DNA from: an uncultured virus (IMG/VR IMGVR_UViG_3300042940_001453)
Lineage: Duplodnaviria; Heunggongvirae; Uroviricota; Caudoviricetes
DNA: 64,000 nt
Virus record (IMG/VR): IMGVR_UViG_3300042940_001453
Location: 62,001 to 126,000 of that record
Direction: 5' to 3' (one strand)
Shown here: positions 37,501-48,613 of the stretch, piece by piece
How the letters are laid out: each line of letters begins with the position of its first letter
Position numbering within the stretch: the stretch's first letter is position 1
The notes under the pieces: model-generated
The model's input: only the letters and a program-made list of their open reading frames with translations
Database searches by the model: none
Told to the model about the DNA's origin: nothing
Made by a program: the position numbers and the translations under genes

Positions 37501-40500
37501 TTATAAATTCATTATGTATCTTTCCAAACTTGCGCTGGTCTGTAAAGAAGCTGTTAGTGGTAGTTGTGTAAACAATGAATCTGGACTTCCTATAGAACCA
37601 GTTGTATCACCATAAGCAGGTGCATTGTTGGTTTCTATATTCAAACTTAAAAATCCAGGTACTGTTATAACTGGTTCACTTCCGTTTGTAATACCGCTTC
37701 TGTCTACGGTAGTATTTTTATCATTTTTACCCTTTGTATAAGTATAATATGTGATATTACCGCCATTATTTAATTTTAGTCCGTTTACCAGTTGTGTTTT
37801 AGAACCGCTCAAGGCTTGATACTGTGTTCTACTACCGACAAATGAGAACTTACTCAAGTGTCTATTGGAATATCCACTATTAAAAGCAGCGCCTTTATAG
37901 TAATTTTTTAAGTATTTACTTCCCGTGACAGACCCAGATCCAATAACTTGAACTTCATTGAACGAAGAGGTAAATGTTACCACAAATCCAGTGTTATTAA
38001 CAGATTGATAATAATCTTTTTTGCCTACATTAACTGTATCACGTACATTATATCCATTTGAATCAACATATACGTACTTTCCATATTTTGCGTAAATAAA
38101 ATCACGACTATCTATTACGTCTTTTATTTCAAGACGGGAATAATTATAAGTATTTTGATCTTGGGTAATATCGTTAACACGTGAACTGGTTATTATAGTA
38201 AAGCTAGATGTATTGTTTGTGTTTAACAAGGAAGATGTAAATGATGCTTTATTGTTAAAGTATAAATCAAATTCGTTGTTTGTTACAAATTCTACATCTC
38301 TGTAGTTAAATTTTTTACGTTCAAATAAACTTGGTTCCAATAGAACACCTGTTAATAAATTAGATCTTGCTGGTTTTAACTTACTTACGACATCAAATAT
38401 TGAAAAGTCGATATAAAATTTGTACGTACTGTAAAATTCTTGAGGGTATATGTATTTCTCATTTATTTTACCAAACTCACGTTGTAATGTGTCCAACCCA
38501 ACATAATTTTGTTTAGTTAAGTTTTCTGGCTCACCAATGATATCAGCTATACCATCCAACCCTATGAAATTCTCTATTTTTTGATTTAAATAATTATATG
38601 GACTTATGAAAAATCCAGAGAGTATTGAATCATCACCCAAACTATCTTGAATTCTGGTGGAATAATCATAAGGGGTAAGATTAGATAAAGCGGTCTCTGT
38701 TATTTTATTTATCTTGCTATTAATCTTGTAGTTAGGGCCGAAGTTGTTAGTATTAACGGTTTGTTTTACGTTAATCTTATCAAATTGATATGGAAATTCA
38801 TCTATCAATACATTTGAACAAGTTGGATAACTAAAATACTTTTCTTTTTGTCCAAAATTATATGCATTGAATTGGGTTTGATAATAAATGTTTTGATTAT
38901 CTACTGTTTTACTAATAGAACTAGGTGAATATAAATTCACAGGAGTATCAAAACTCCACAAATAAAACAAATTGGAATAAACATTTTCTTTATCTGGAAT
39001 TGATATTGAATCCAAGTTATATGAATGTTCATCAAAATATTGATTATCAAGTGGATCTCTTAAAACTTTTATTTTATCTAGATTTCCTATAAATGATACA
39101 GATGATGAATAATTGCCAATATAATAACTTCCCGAAGAAAAGTTTTTATTTACAGTATGACTTATAACTTTACGTTTTGTTGCTGAAAAGTTTTTGGTAC
39201 TTCCATCATATTGATTTGTAGACAAACTATAAATATATGGAATCAATTCTTTGGTCGAGTTAACGTAGTATGATGAAGTTAGTGTTGTTTTCTGTGAAGC
39301 TAATGTTACAAAATCTCCGTCATCTTCTATTACAAAGTCACCATCATCTTCTATAATAAACGGTGTAACTTGATTTGTAATCTTGCTTGAACTTACATTT
39401 AATTTGTCAAAATCTCCTGGCACAGGCTCACGCTTTAACATCACTGTAAAAATTTCCCCGTTTAATAGAGGTAACTCATTTAATGTTAAACTTGAAGTTG
39501 TATTTCCCAATTCGTATGGGTGAATTTCAAATACCAACTGACCTGAATTAACTTGCTTTGATTTTTTAATGTATAAATCCCAATCAGATTTTTTATTTCT
39601 GTATTTGGACATCAATTTGATCTTATCTCCAAAGTCATAGTTTGTAGATTTGAATCTAAAAGAAAATTCAATTGTAGATATACCATTAAATCGGGAAGTA
39701 TATTCAGTGCTACTAGTAAAAGTATTGATATTAGATCCCGAAGCATAATAACTACTGGTTGTGTAAACAAAGTCACTGCTTGTATGTTCAAAATTCAAGA
39801 AATTGTTTTCCTTGAAATCAGTCATATAGATTATGTCATCGTAAACAAAGTAATTATCACGGTTTGAAAAAGCATCCGCACTTCCATATTCTCTGGTAGT
39901 TATTATTCCAGCTGGAATTCCAAACATAGTTCGGATCATTTCAAATGAATTTACAGTTCCTTTGGATTTATAAACAGAAGAAATGTTATTGGCAAATCTG
40001 TTTAATATAGATTTCGCATAATCAAAATAAGAAGAAGAACTATACCCAGCAATATCTTGATTATTAAAATATAATTGATTCAAATCACTTTGAGTAAACT
40101 TATCAATATCAATATTCCAACTAAAACTATTGAGTAGTTCGTCTATGTAATTTTTTGGGTAATAATTTGAATCGTTATTTGAAATTGGATATGACTTAGG
40201 AAACTTCTTTATAAACACCAAGATGTTATCAAAAAAATGTCCCACCATTGCTGTAAATTTAATATAATCAGCGGAATCGGAATCTTCCTTTACATATGCC
40301 GGAAGTTGATACACCAAGCTATTATAGTTGTCTGAATCATATACAATAGCTTCTTCAATTTTATCATCTATACTAGATGAGTTAAAAAACAAATAAGACT
40401 CATATTCATCAAATGTATCCAACAAAGCAATTTGTTGAGCAGTTTTTTGGCTAACTAGCTCTCCATATGAAGAAGAAATTATACCACTTGTATTTAAAGA

Positions 40501-42015
40501 TGATGTAATCGTAGACTTTTTAACATAGTCAAGTTGATTATAATCTTTAATCTTATTCTTAGCTATTTTAGTGCGTAGTTCGGCAGAAGAATAATTGATG
40601 AAATTATTAAAATCTGTATAATCGATGTATAAATCATTATACTTTTCTTTCAATCTTATTTTGGATTTATCTAGTGTGAAAGAATCGTTGCCATCATATT
40701 TTTCTGTAGAAGGACTGACTTTAGATATTTGTACATCAAAGTTTATGTCATTTAAAAATACCTTTCTTGATATCTTTGAAGAAAACAAGTTAACTTTAAA
40801 ATAAAGAGGAGCAATTGAAATATTTGATATCCAACAAGTGGTTTTTACATTATATTGTAAAGGTAAAGGCGCATCTAGTTTTACTTGTACATTGACCGCA
40901 CCATCAGTTGGATTTAAATAATTTGTATGAGTTAAAATCTTGATCAAATTGCCATTATCAAAATTTAAAGCATTTTTATAAAGACCGTAGTATTTGATTC
41001 GGTAATTTTCTAACAATTTAGTTACATTGGGCAATATCCAATCTGTATAAATTGTTTGTTCAAATAAACCAAGTATGTTTTGTAGATCAATATCATTTAT
41101 AGAACTCTTTTGTAATATTCTATCTTGAGATACCTTTAATGTGATAATTCTAAATGACTCCAATACTTCAGCTTCTGTAAACTCTGTATTGTTGTAAGTG
41201 TAAATAAAATTGTTGATTTGTTCTTGAACACCTGTAAATTTGTTTGTTTGTAAAATTGTTGAATCTGTATCACCGTTCAACTTAATAATACTATTATATC
41301 CAACATATGTTGAATTAACAAACTCTTGTAGTTCTGCTTCACTTTTTAGACCCAACTTCAAACAGATGTCTGTGTAGTTGTATTTGTCTTTGTTAGATAG
41401 AAAATCTTTTTCAATTGGATTATTATTAATGATTGCAGTTAAGTCTTGATAAATTCTCAACAACAAATATTTTTTATCCGCAAATGTTGAAATTTTAATC
41501 GCGTCTAATCTAGATGTTTCATTCTTATTTACATCAAATGCGTAAGATAAACGTATCTCAGTTCTACTAGGAGATATTTCTTTTATAACCAATCTATTTG
41601 TTGGATTACCGGCTATATTTCTAACTGGGTTATACAACAAATAATATAAACCAGGACCAACTCCATTTGCATTTAAGTCGAATTGTGGATGTAATAGAAT
41701 ATCGTTTTTGTACGATACCACATTCGTAAATGGATTTGCAAATCTATATGATCTTAATACGTTATTAATGTCTCTGTAACTACCTTGCAATACAGAATAT
41801 GTTACAGATGGAACTACTCTGTTGAAATTTATAAGTTGTTGGTTATTATTATACAGTGTAAATTCAAACAAATCATCATCGGATTCGCCGTAAAATATAT
41901 CCTCACTGATTAGTTGTTGTTCGTATAAAGCCTGTAAATCAGTGGAAAAATAAGATGCACTTGTAAGACCCTTATTTAAATCGTTATCATTTATTGTTAA
42001 ATAGTCGTAAGGCAT
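37501..42015 (-). CDS. Large baseplate wedge-type structural protein
   Basis: 1504 aa in baseplate cluster; MVGHFFD and YKSKGT...FGIP...REYG segments resemble gp7/P2-I-type wedge proteins; possible LamG-like middle region. Confidence 0.65.
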   Translation of the reverse strand: MPYDYLTINDNDLNKGLTSASYFSTDLQALYEQQLISEDIFYGESDDDLFEFTLYNNNQQLINFNRVVPSVTYSVLQGSYRDINNVLRSYRFANPFTNVVSYKNDILLHPQFDLNANGVGPGLYYLLYNPVRNIAGNPTNRLVIKEISPSRTEIRLSYAFDVNKNETSRLDAIKISTFADKKYLLLRIYQDLTAIINNNPIEKDFLSNKDKYNYTDICLKLGLKSEAELQEFVNSTYVGYNSIIKLNGDTDSTILQTNKFTGVQEQINNFIYTYNNTEFTEAEVLESFRIITLKVSQDRILQKSSINDIDLQNILGLFEQTIYTDWILPNVTKLLENYRIKYYGLYKNALNFDNGNLIKILTHTNYLNPTDGAVNVQVKLDAPLPLQYNVKTTCWISNISIAPLYFKVNLFSSKISRKVFLNDINFDVQISKVSPSTEKYDGNDSFTLDKSKIRLKEKYNDLYIDYTDFNNFINYSSAELRTKIAKNKIKDYNQLDYVKKSTITSSLNTSGIISSSYGELVSQKTAQQIALLDTFDEYESYLFFNSSSIDDKIEEAIVYDSDNYNSLVYQLPAYVKEDSDSADYIKFTAMVGHFFDNILVFIKKFPKSYPISNNDSNYYPKNYIDELLNSFSWNIDIDKFTQSDLNQLYFNNQDIAGYSSSSYFDYAKSILNRFANNISSVYKSKGTVNSFEMIRTMFGIPAGIITTREYGSADAFSNRDNYFVYDDIIYMTDFKENNFLNFEHTSSDFVYTTSSYYASGSNINTFTSSTEYTSRFNGISTIEFSFRFKSTNYDFGDKIKLMSKYRNKKSDWDLYIKKSKQVNSGQLVFEIHPYELGNTTSSLTLNELPLLNGEIFTVMLKREPVPGDFDKLNVSSSKITNQVTPFIIEDDGDFVIEDDGDFVTLASQKTTLTSSYYVNSTKELIPYIYSLSTNQYDGSTKNFSATKRKVISHTVNKNFSSGSYYIGNYSSSVSFIGNLDKIKVLRDPLDNQYFDEHSYNLDSISIPDKENVYSNLFYLWSFDTPVNLYSPSSISKTVDNQNIYYQTQFNAYNFGQKEKYFSYPTCSNVLIDEFPYQFDKINVKQTVNTNNFGPNYKINSKINKITETALSNLTPYDYSTRIQDSLGDDSILSGFFISPYNYLNQKIENFIGLDGIADIIGEPENLTKQNYVGLDTLQREFGKINEKYIYPQEFYSTYKFYIDFSIFDVVSKLKPARSNLLTGVLLEPSLFERKKFNYRDVEFVTNNEFDLYFNNKASFTSSLLNTNNTSSFTIITSSRVNDITQDQNTYNYSRLEIKDVIDSRDFIYAKYGKYVYVDSNGYNVRDTVNVGKKDYYQSVNNTGFVVTFTSSFNEVQVIGSGSVTGSKYLKNYYKGAAFNSGYSNRHLSKFSFVGSRTQYQALSGSKTQLVNGLKLNNGGNITYYTYTKGKNDKNTTVDRSGITNGSEPVITVPGFLSLNIETNNAPAYGDTTGSIGSPDSLFTQLPLTASLQTSASLERYIMNL

Positions 42016-42016
42016 A

Positions 42017-42493
42017 TCAAGAAGTTAATGGTAAAAATGGGTAATCATCATCGAAATCCGAAGCAACTTTTCCTTGTCCCAATTGGATTCGTAAACCAAT
42101 AATTTGGTTTTTCATAGCTGCAATAACTTGTTTATCGTCATTGTTTTCGTATTTTTCTACTAATTCATTTACCGTTTGATTTAAAATTCTGTTCTCGACC
42201 AGCACGTTATTATATTGTGTTATAACATCTGTTAAATTTCTCTTTTCTTCGACCGCAGTTGTTTGTAATTCAGTAAAATCCGATTGTGAAGTATCAACGA
42301 TTTTGTTTTCATTATATAAAAAACTTTTTATTGGTACTTTTATATAGTTGTATTTACCTTCAAGCGACTGTGATATGTTATAAACCAATTGATCATTTCC
42401 AAAATCATCAAAATTGTTTTGGAAAGTACCAAAGTCTTTAAATGTTTGTACATCACTTAAAGATACATTATATACTAATGGTATATTTGCCAT
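42017..42493 (-). CDS. Hypothetical protein with coiled coil
   Basis: 158-aa ORF tightly packed in the baseplate operon. Confidence 0.7.
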   Translation of the reverse strand: MANIPLVYNVSLSDVQTFKDFGTFQNNFDDFGNDQLVYNISQSLEGKYNYIKVPIKSFLYNENKIVDTSQSDFTELQTTAVEEKRNLTDVITQYNNVLVENRILNQTVNELVEKYENNDDKQVIAAMKNQIIGLRIQLGQGKVASDFDDDYPFLPLTS

Positions 42494-42494
42494 A

Positions 42495-44162
42495 CTAACG
42501 CGTTATTTTAAATATTTTTCCGGTATCAACGATGTCAACTGTCCCATCTTTGTACTCTACCTTAATAAATACTGTTAAATATCGTTCTTGAGGCAATCCA
42601 TTTGTATTTAATTTAAAATAATTACCATACGTAGCATCGCAACTTAACTTGGTATAGTTATCGAAATTAATCAAAACTTCCTCAGACTCAGCATCTTTAA
42701 CCATATAATATGAAGATGTTGGCAGATACTTAGGAGTAACCATAGCTGGTTGTTGATATGATTTATTAAATGTTTTAAGAGGATATTTATCTCTGGCGAA
42801 CACAAATATTTTAGCAACACTACCAGCTTTATATGTACTATTTAACTGTTGCAATGTAACCAAGTTTTGTATGGAAGAAGATACTGGTTTTAAACTACCT
42901 GTATTAAATACAGTATCATCCCAACCCATATCAATATATGGACTGTAAATTGTATTGGTATCCTTGCTGAAAAATTGTAACAACCCGTTGGTTGGTTGAA
43001 GAGGAGGTGTACTTATTTCAAATGAAGTCAATAACATTAGTCCGTTATTTGGAACACACCCACACAACCAAGAACGAACGATAGTAGTGATGTCCATCGA
43101 TATATCACTTTGTTGTCCGTAACTAAATGATTGACTGCAAATTAATCCGTTATTTACCAACGAAGGAAAAGCCACGGAATTACAAATCCACTTTGGTTTG
43201 TTTGTATATGATGCTGGTACTTTGTAATACCAAGTTCCGCCTTGATTTTGAAAACTAGCACTGGAATATGATGCGGTTAATAAATAATTTACTTGTTGAT
43301 AACTATTTGTTATTTTACTGCCGTACCACAAATTGCTTCCTGAGTAAGCTCTATTGTTCCAAGTAGCTCCCAATTGAGAACCATCATCGGCATATCTACC
43401 ATTTCCATTTTCCCAACTCTGACTTATAGGATAAGCATAAATGGAGTAGTTTAGTGGTAGATTTCTCATACCACAGGCTTTTAAATTCAACGTAAATTTT
43501 AATTTTGAACTACTAATTTCATTTTTAGAAATTGATTGACTTAATGTGGTTAAGTCAAACTTGATCATAGTTCTACTAAACTCTGGATAATTAAGATATG
43601 TGGCTGTTGATGGACGAGTAAAAGATCCACTATATTGTCCTTTAAAATATCCAGCGAAATTTACCACATCAACATAATAAGATACACTTGAGGTATTTGT
43701 GTTAATAATTGATTTAAAACTTGAACTGGAGAAACTACCACTGAAAGATCTGCTTACACAGTTTGATCCTGTAATACTTCCTACAAATCTGCCAGATGCG
43801 GATATAGCTGATCCAGAAATATAAAGAGATTTTCTAGGAGCAGTAGTAACATTTGATAATCTGCCTGTGAAATTAGCAATAAATGACGTATTTGGTATTA
43901 CAGATGAAGTAAGACTATATGCATACCATTTACTACCAGAGTAGATAAATAGTGAAGATGTAGTATAAGCTAACCATCCATTATTGCCATATGAAGAGGC
44001 AGTAAGAGGAGGCGTGTGCCAATTTGGATCTGTATAAACCGTTGTTTTGCCTGAGTTAGAGGCGTATATCTCTAACACTTCGTCCAACCCAAAATTTTTG
44101 TTTTGGTATTTGTCAGAATTGTTAATATAAGTGTCTTGAGATGGATAAATAAAAATATGCAT
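42495..44162 (-). CDS. Putative virion structural protein
   Basis: YPSQDTYI...NFGLDEVLEI, SRTMIKFDL, SQSWENGNG, FFSKDTNTIYSP; Ser/Gly-rich insert. Confidence 0.65.
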   Translation of the reverse strand: MHIFIYPSQDTYINNSDKYQNKNFGLDEVLEIYASNSGKTTVYTDPNWHTPPLTASSYGNNGWLAYTTSSLFIYSGSKWYAYSLTSSVIPNTSFIANFTGRLSNVTTAPRKSLYISGSAISASGRFVGSITGSNCVSRSFSGSFSSSSFKSIINTNTSSVSYYVDVVNFAGYFKGQYSGSFTRPSTATYLNYPEFSRTMIKFDLTTLSQSISKNEISSSKLKFTLNLKACGMRNLPLNYSIYAYPISQSWENGNGRYADDGSQLGATWNNRAYSGSNLWYGSKITNSYQQVNYLLTASYSSASFQNQGGTWYYKVPASYTNKPKWICNSVAFPSLVNNGLICSQSFSYGQQSDISMDITTIVRSWLCGCVPNNGLMLLTSFEISTPPLQPTNGLLQFFSKDTNTIYSPYIDMGWDDTVFNTGSLKPVSSSIQNLVTLQQLNSTYKAGSVAKIFVFARDKYPLKTFNKSYQQPAMVTPKYLPTSSYYMVKDAESEEVLINFDNYTKLSCDATYGNYFKLNTNGLPQERYLTVFIKVEYKDGTVDIVDTGKIFKITR

Positions 44163-44163
44163 A

Positions 44164-46149
44164 TTATACTACCAATCCTTTAATGTCATTGTCTGGATAT
44201 TTTATTTCAAATACAGATGGGTCTTTTGATGGATAAAGAATATTGTTTTGTGTAGCAATACTTACATTATATGCTACGGGAGAATAATCACCATCATCAA
44301 TTGTCAAATTCTTGATCTTCAATTCAATAACAGATTGAACGCCTTCGTTTTTCATTATTTCAAAGTTAAGTTGACTGAGATTTATTGGTTGATTAAAACT
44401 CATATTATCAATGCTCAAAAAGCTTTTAACGGATTGAATACAATTATTTAAAACATCTCGTTTATTGAAACCATTGAAAACAGTAATCTTAAACTCCAAT
44501 CCCAAATTAATAATATATCCGTCTATAATGTTAATTTTATCTGTTAATATTTTGAAATTATTCAGATAACTTATTAAGTTCTGTAATGTAGCAGGATTTA
44601 GTTTGGTTAAATTTTTATTAACATCATATCCCAACAAATAAAGATTGTTGGTAAATGGATTACTTGCTTCTAAAAACTTTCTTCTATCCAATGGATTTAG
44701 TGGATTTAGATCCAATGTTTCATTTCCATTTTCATTCACTATACCTTTAATTAGTTGGTTATATTGAATGCGTCTATTTGAATTGCTTTCAACATATGCT
44801 TTAGAGATATTGCCTAAATACGTTGGCAACGAATACACTCTGAGTAAAATGTCCTCCGATGTAACCATTCTGTTTTGAGCAGAAAAATTCAATATTGCAC
44901 TTTGACGTATTTCTTCATCTGTTTCAGCATTGTTACCACCTGTAGATGACTGTGGATTATTTACTCTCAATGAGTTTTTTATGTTATTTAATAAAATAAC
45001 TTCACTGTCAGTCAAACTAGTGACATCATTTAAATAATCGGTACTAGCAATCTTATTTATTTCGTCGGAATTTACATTTGAATCCAAACCACCACCTACA
45101 ACATAAGTAACTGTTAATGTTGTGTTTGATGGAGATACACCATAAGAATTTGCTTTCAATACGTTTGTTCCATCCAAAGATATATTGAGATTTTTTAAAT
45201 TGGATAGAGCTACACCAACATTGGTTGGATTTGGTATAATAACAGTATTTTCGTAATTTTCTGTATTTGCTCCAAATTGGATGTAAGTGAAGTTATTTTG
45301 ATCTATTGTTGTTATAAATCTGCGTTCAGTTCTTAAATACTTTAAAATCTTAGGTGTTTCATTTCTATATGGTGACAGTGTTTGATTATTAAGCGGAACG
45401 TTATCAACCAAAATAGGAATGGTATCTTGCGCCAAGTATTGGGTTTCATAATAGTTAATACCATTTGAATCAACCACACTTATTATTTTGACAACATTTG
45501 TTTCATCCAACTTAATTTTTAAGAAAGATTGCGGGTCACCAATACTAAAAGTCTTTGATGTAATTCTGCCTGAATAACACTGCGCTGTTTTCTTTATCAA
45601 ATAAAACAATGGAGCACCTGTATTGTCACGATTGTAAACACTTATTTCTCTTGGTGAGAATAGTGTGTCTTGACTAAAATCTACACTTTCTTCAACGATA
45701 AATGATACACCAGATACACTGGATAGTTGTGTATATGGTTTCAAAATCAAACAATATCTTTCGTCTGGTATATATTCGCCATTAACTCCTGATGTACGAG
45801 TTGCTGGTAATAATTGAAATAATTCTACGTATGTAGACGATACTGAAGACACTTTTGGTTTATAACCCAAAAATTGTGCTTGATTTATAATGTTCTTACG
45901 TTCACCCGCAAATTGAATAAAACTTTCTTTGAATTGATAATCAGTGTAGTAAGATAGTACATCACCAACAAAGCTAGCTTGTTCAATAAAAATTTGTCCT
46001 GGCGAACTTTCACTGAAGTCCTTGTAACTTTGTGGGTAATACTGTTTGGTAAAATCGATCAGTTGTTGCTTTAACGAAGTAAAATCACGATTTAAATACA
46101 AAACGTCTTTTGTATTAGCTTTGAATGTTTTGTTAATTAGTTGTTGCAT
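44164..46149 (-). CDS. Baseplate wedge subunit (T4 gp6 / baseplate J-like)
   Basis: YLNRDFTSLKQQL, DFSESSPG, VGDVLSYY, IQFG, YVVGGG, STGGNNAET.EEIR, QNRMVTSED. Confidence 0.88.
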   Translation of the reverse strand: MQQLINKTFKANTKDVLYLNRDFTSLKQQLIDFTKQYYPQSYKDFSESSPGQIFIEQASFVGDVLSYYTDYQFKESFIQFAGERKNIINQAQFLGYKPKVSSVSSTYVELFQLLPATRTSGVNGEYIPDERYCLILKPYTQLSSVSGVSFIVEESVDFSQDTLFSPREISVYNRDNTGAPLFYLIKKTAQCYSGRITSKTFSIGDPQSFLKIKLDETNVVKIISVVDSNGINYYETQYLAQDTIPILVDNVPLNNQTLSPYRNETPKILKYLRTERRFITTIDQNNFTYIQFGANTENYENTVIIPNPTNVGVALSNLKNLNISLDGTNVLKANSYGVSPSNTTLTVTYVVGGGLDSNVNSDEINKIASTDYLNDVTSLTDSEVILLNNIKNSLRVNNPQSSTGGNNAETDEEIRQSAILNFSAQNRMVTSEDILLRVYSLPTYLGNISKAYVESNSNRRIQYNQLIKGIVNENGNETLDLNPLNPLDRRKFLEASNPFTNNLYLLGYDVNKNLTKLNPATLQNLISYLNNFKILTDKINIIDGYIINLGLEFKITVFNGFNKRDVLNNCIQSVKSFLSIDNMSFNQPINLSQLNFEIMKNEGVQSVIELKIKNLTIDDGDYSPVAYNVSIATQNNILYPSKDPSVFEIKYPDNDIKGLVV

Positions 46150-46550
46150 TATATATTATTGTTTGTGATAATTACTTCGGTTGTAGACTTCAGTTCTTTA
46201 TAACTAAAGGCTACTTTTATAAATATTTTATTGTAATCATTATTTACAACATCATTTTCTACTAATTGAACTTTAACATCTTCTACTATTACCCCATTCA
46301 TAAATCTATTTACGTCATTTTGAATAAGATTTACCAACATAGGCAACATTTCTTGTAATTCATTCTGTTCAAACAATACTTTATATAAAGAAGACCCAAA
46401 CGCATTGTTAAATCTACGTTCGCCAGGTCGTGTTAATAAAAGATTCTTTATATTACTCGAAACTTGGGAAATAGTATCCACATTGGTTTCAAAATAACCA
46501 TTTTGACCCAATCTGAAAGGTATTTTAAGTCCTAGTGCTTTTTTAGACAT
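46149..46550 (-). CDS. Baseplate gp25/GPW-like sheath initiator
   Basis: NIKNLLLTRPGERRFNNAFGS, directly upstream of the gp6-like gene. Confidence 0.88.
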   Translation of the reverse strand: MSKKALGLKIPFRLGQNGYFETNVDTISQVSSNIKNLLLTRPGERRFNNAFGSSLYKVLFEQNELQEMLPMLVNLIQNDVNRFMNGVIVEDVKVQLVENDVVNNDYNKIFIKVAFSYKELKSTTEVIITNNNI

Positions 46551-46552
46551 AA

Positions 46553-47026
46553 TTAAATCTTAGATTTCTTCTTCTCTATAGCACTCATCAACTTAGAATA
46601 ATCTCTGGTCATAGCTGAATATACAGATTTAACTGGTTCAGGAGCATTCTCGGGAGCTTTTGTTTCTGTAATTACTTGAGAGGAAGTTGATCCATACCCA
46701 CCCATCATACTAACCATACCACCTTCTTGTGGTACTCCTCCTGTAGTCTGATTTAATATGTCATTCAACATTGGATTGTTTGTATATTTAACATATTTCT
46801 TCGTAGGCTTAGTTTCAACTTCTGCTACTGATTCATTCATAGATTCAAGTTCATTCAAAATTTTAGCTTCTAGATCAGAATCTGCAGATTTTGTCTTTTT
46901 TTGAGGCTTTGATGAATTATTCGCAAATATTTCTGATAATTGACTTTTCAACTCAGTCTTTAATACGTTGCGAACTTCTTGTTGTACTGTTTTTTTAATA
47001 AACTCTTTAAGCACTTCTATTTTCAT
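46553..47026 (-). CDS. Hypothetical protein
   Basis: 157 aa; LKEFIKKTVQQEV N-terminus, NPMLNDILNQT, C-terminal TRDYSKLM; late-type motif upstream. Confidence 0.75.
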   Translation of the reverse strand: MKIEVLKEFIKKTVQQEVRNVLKTELKSQLSEIFANNSSKPQKKTKSADSDLEAKILNELESMNESVAEVETKPTKKYVKYTNNPMLNDILNQTTGGVPQEGGMVSMMGGYGSTSSQVITETKAPENAPEPVKSVYSAMTRDYSKLMSAIEKKKSKI

Positions 47027-47048
47027 ATTGTTTATATATATATAATTA

Positions 47049-48611
47049 TTAACCCAGAGGAGATTTAGGTAAATTTAATAAATCTGTTGCGCCTTTTGGA
47101 TATGATGGTCTTGGTATTTTAATCGTTTTAATACGTGGCGTACTAGGTGGTTTTGGTATATTTGGCTTAGGCATTCCTTTTTGAACACTAGCTAATTTAG
47201 CTGCAGCTGCACCAACAGCTCCTCCAGAAACTGCTCCAATTACAGCACCTTTTCCGCCTCCAACTATTCCTCCTATTCCAGCTCCCAATCCACCACCGGC
47301 TAAAGCTCCTCCTGTTACACCTCCAACGGATAATCCAGCACCAAGTGCAGTACCACTTAATCCACCTATTAATGCACCTTTACCACCACCAGCTAATGCA
47401 CCTACACCGGCTCCAAGAGCACCACCTAACAATCCACCTTTTAATCCTTTAGCTAATTCAGAAGTAGATTCAACCACGCCTGTTTTAGCATTTACAAATT
47501 TAGTATTTCCAGCTATAGATTCAGGGCTATATTTATCAGGAGACCAATCTTTGCCTAGTCCATCTGGTTTTATTCCTTTAGGATTTAGTTTGTCAAAGAC
47601 TTTGCCAGCTATACCACCCGCAACCAATCCGGCACCAGCTCCAATCAATGCACCTTTTCCTCCGCCTGCTAATGCACCTATACCGGCTCCTAAAGCACCT
47701 CCTCCAATTGCACCTTTAACCCCAGATGATAAATTACTAAGTACGCCACCGGCAGATTCTTGAGCGCCGCCAATTACACCTTGTGCCTGACCAGTCGCAC
47801 CTTCTAATGCACCTTGAGCTTGACCAGCTGCTCCCTGTACTTGACCAGCTGCACCTTCTAATGCACCTTGTGCCTGGCCGGCCGCACCTTGAACTTGTGA
47901 TGTTAACCCTCCAGCTGCACTTTGTACTTGAGATGTCGCATTGCTTGTTACGTCTTGGGCTTTTGAAGCTGCTTGTTGCGCTGCATTTGCATCTAACCCT
48001 TTTACTTCTTGGGTAGGAAGTTTTATATTTGGATTATCTACTACGGGAGCTTTATTTGCTACACCATTAATTGTTTGTGTAGGTGGTCCTACTAAAGCGG
48101 GATCTGGATCGGTAAATGCATCTTGTCGTTCCACTTTAATTCCCTTGCCAGAAATACCAACTTGATCAGCTAAAGTTTGTAACAAAGATTCTCTTAGTTG
48201 TTTAAAAGCATTATTGAAAGCTTCACCTGGAGTCTTTCCAATACCACGTGTAGTCTTAAAATCGGATGCTATAATAGATTTCAGTGTTTTTCCACTAGAT
48301 GTTTGTCTTGGAACTTTAACGTCTCCACTTAAAGTAACATTTGCTAAGTAATTTCCGGTTAATTCATCACGTTTCGATGTTGAAAATTTCCCACTTAAAC
48401 TAAAATTCCATTCATTAGGAAAATTTGCGTCTGGAGACAAATTTTTTACAGAAATACTTGGGGTTGTCGCACCATCTTCCACTATTGCATTTGGTTTTAC
48501 GAGATCAACTTTTGAATAGAATGAGTTTATAGCTCTTCTATATTCATTCGCATTAAAAATGCTACCATTCCAAGGTACAGTTTCTTCATAGGATATATAA
48601 TAATCACTCAT
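47049..48611 (-). CDS. Glycine-zipper, Gln/Ala/Gly-repeat protein adjacent to the spike gene
   Basis: QVQGAAGQAQGALEGAAG repeats and several GxxxGxxxG segments (GALGAGIGALAGGGKGALIG). Confidence 0.75.
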   Translation of the reverse strand: MSDYYISYEETVPWNGSIFNANEYRRAINSFYSKVDLVKPNAIVEDGATTPSISVKNLSPDANFPNEWNFSLSGKFSTSKRDELTGNYLANVTLSGDVKVPRQTSSGKTLKSIIASDFKTTRGIGKTPGEAFNNAFKQLRESLLQTLADQVGISGKGIKVERQDAFTDPDPALVGPPTQTINGVANKAPVVDNPNIKLPTQEVKGLDANAAQQAASKAQDVTSNATSQVQSAAGGLTSQVQGAAGQAQGALEGAAGQVQGAAGQAQGALEGATGQAQGVIGGAQESAGGVLSNLSSGVKGAIGGGALGAGIGALAGGGKGALIGAGAGLVAGGIAGKVFDKLNPKGIKPDGLGKDWSPDKYSPESIAGNTKFVNAKTGVVESTSELAKGLKGGLLGGALGAGVGALAGGGKGALIGGLSGTALGAGLSVGGVTGGALAGGGLGAGIGGIVGGGKGAVIGAVSGGAVGAAAAKLASVQKGMPKPNIPKPPSTPRIKTIKIPRPSYPKGATDLLNLPKSPLG

Positions 48612-48613
48612 AA

